A stretch of DNA of 64,000 nt. Origin: the human T2T-CHM13v2.0 reference genome, Homo sapiens. A model generated the notes under the pieces. The model made no database searches. It was not told the origin of the DNA and saw only the letters and a program-made list of their open reading frames with translations. The position numbers were made by a program, and so were the translations under genes. Each line of letters opens with the position of its first letter. The stretch's first letter is position 1. The DNA lies in assembly GCF_009914755.1 (NCBI RefSeq), contig NC_060937.1; one strand, given 5' to 3'. This document shows positions 63,119 to 64,000 of this stretch, one piece after another.

Positions 63119-64000
63119 TCCCTTCATGCTCTTGTTGGATAAATACTGCCAAGAGAGTAGATTTACTCACTATTCAGTTCTCTGTCCATGAAATCCTCAC
63201 AACTGGAAAGAATGAAATGTTTATGCACAGGCCCAGTCCTGCTTCAGCCTGGGACAGATTCCACCACTCTTGCCAAAGTCCCTGTTTGGACATATTCAAA
63301 AATAAGTTGTTTTCTTTCTGGGATGCCCTTCCTGTATCTTGCTAAATATACTTTCTCCATATTTCAAGTTCCATCCAAGTCCATGTACCCAGTGAAGGAT
63401 TCCTTGAATAGCACAGTCTTCATGGATCTAGCTTACCTGTGACGTTATGGTTGAATTTTACCCTCTGTCTTTGTCTTGTGTCATTTACTGTATTATAAAT
63501 TGGTTGCAACCAGAGATTATGTGTTATGTTCTGGTATTTCTCACCACTTCTATTATAATGTGGAGACCTAGCAGGTGTACAGTCGATACCACTGTCTTAT
63601 TTAAGAGCTATATGAAGGCAGAGACAAAGATTAGAGCTTCTGTGCTACTAAGTAAGAATTTTTGAAAAATACAAGTCAATTTCTTTATTTATTCAGAAAG
63701 GTGATAGATTTTCCAAATATCCTTGTCAAAGGTTGATAGCTGAGGATATTGTACTAATTACATGGAATATATGCATTCATTAAAATTATAACTATGATGA
63801 TTATATATCAACATGAAAATGTCACAAATTCTTTTTTAATTTTTAAGTGAGTAAAACATCATAAAATTATATTTATACTACAATTACTGCTATGAAAAAG
63901 CATGAATAAAGGCTGGGAGAGAACACAGATATGAAAATAGTTATATTTGGGTGATAGGCTAATGAACAAATTATTTTCTATTTTTAATACTACAGTACTG

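Overview
This is primate (human-like) non-coding genomic DNA, AT-rich and CpG-depleted. I find no supportable protein-coding gene, RNA gene or CRISPR array. The ORF track is explained by Alu, L1, LTR and microsatellite frames or by chance. Much of the window is interspersed repeat: about 13 Alus, old L1M fragments, long L2 relics, MIRs, one MamSINE1, many MaLR/ERVL solo LTRs (THE1, MST, MLT1, MLT2A, LTR33/41-like) and hAT fossils (MER5, MER33, MER58B, MER63B, MER94, Charlie). Between them lie repeat-free, homeodomain-motif-rich blocks that resemble developmental enhancers, so this may be a large intron or gene desert in a regulatory domain. I cannot name the locus. The best leads are: (1) a 19-bp tandem repeat whose unit closely matches the ZNF143/Staf site (62188-62278); (2) a fossil deletion at 28344/28345 that left only 11 bp of an Alu lying head-to-head with an AluY; (3) an old twin-primed, 5'-inverted L1 beside it; (4) enhancer-like blocks with P2/P3, MEF2, PBX-HOX and FOX sites; (5) a small CpG-retaining element at 3100-3420. 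Subfamily calls come from recalled consensus sequences, and boundaries of old repeats are approximate. I see no evidence for a wholly new biological system.
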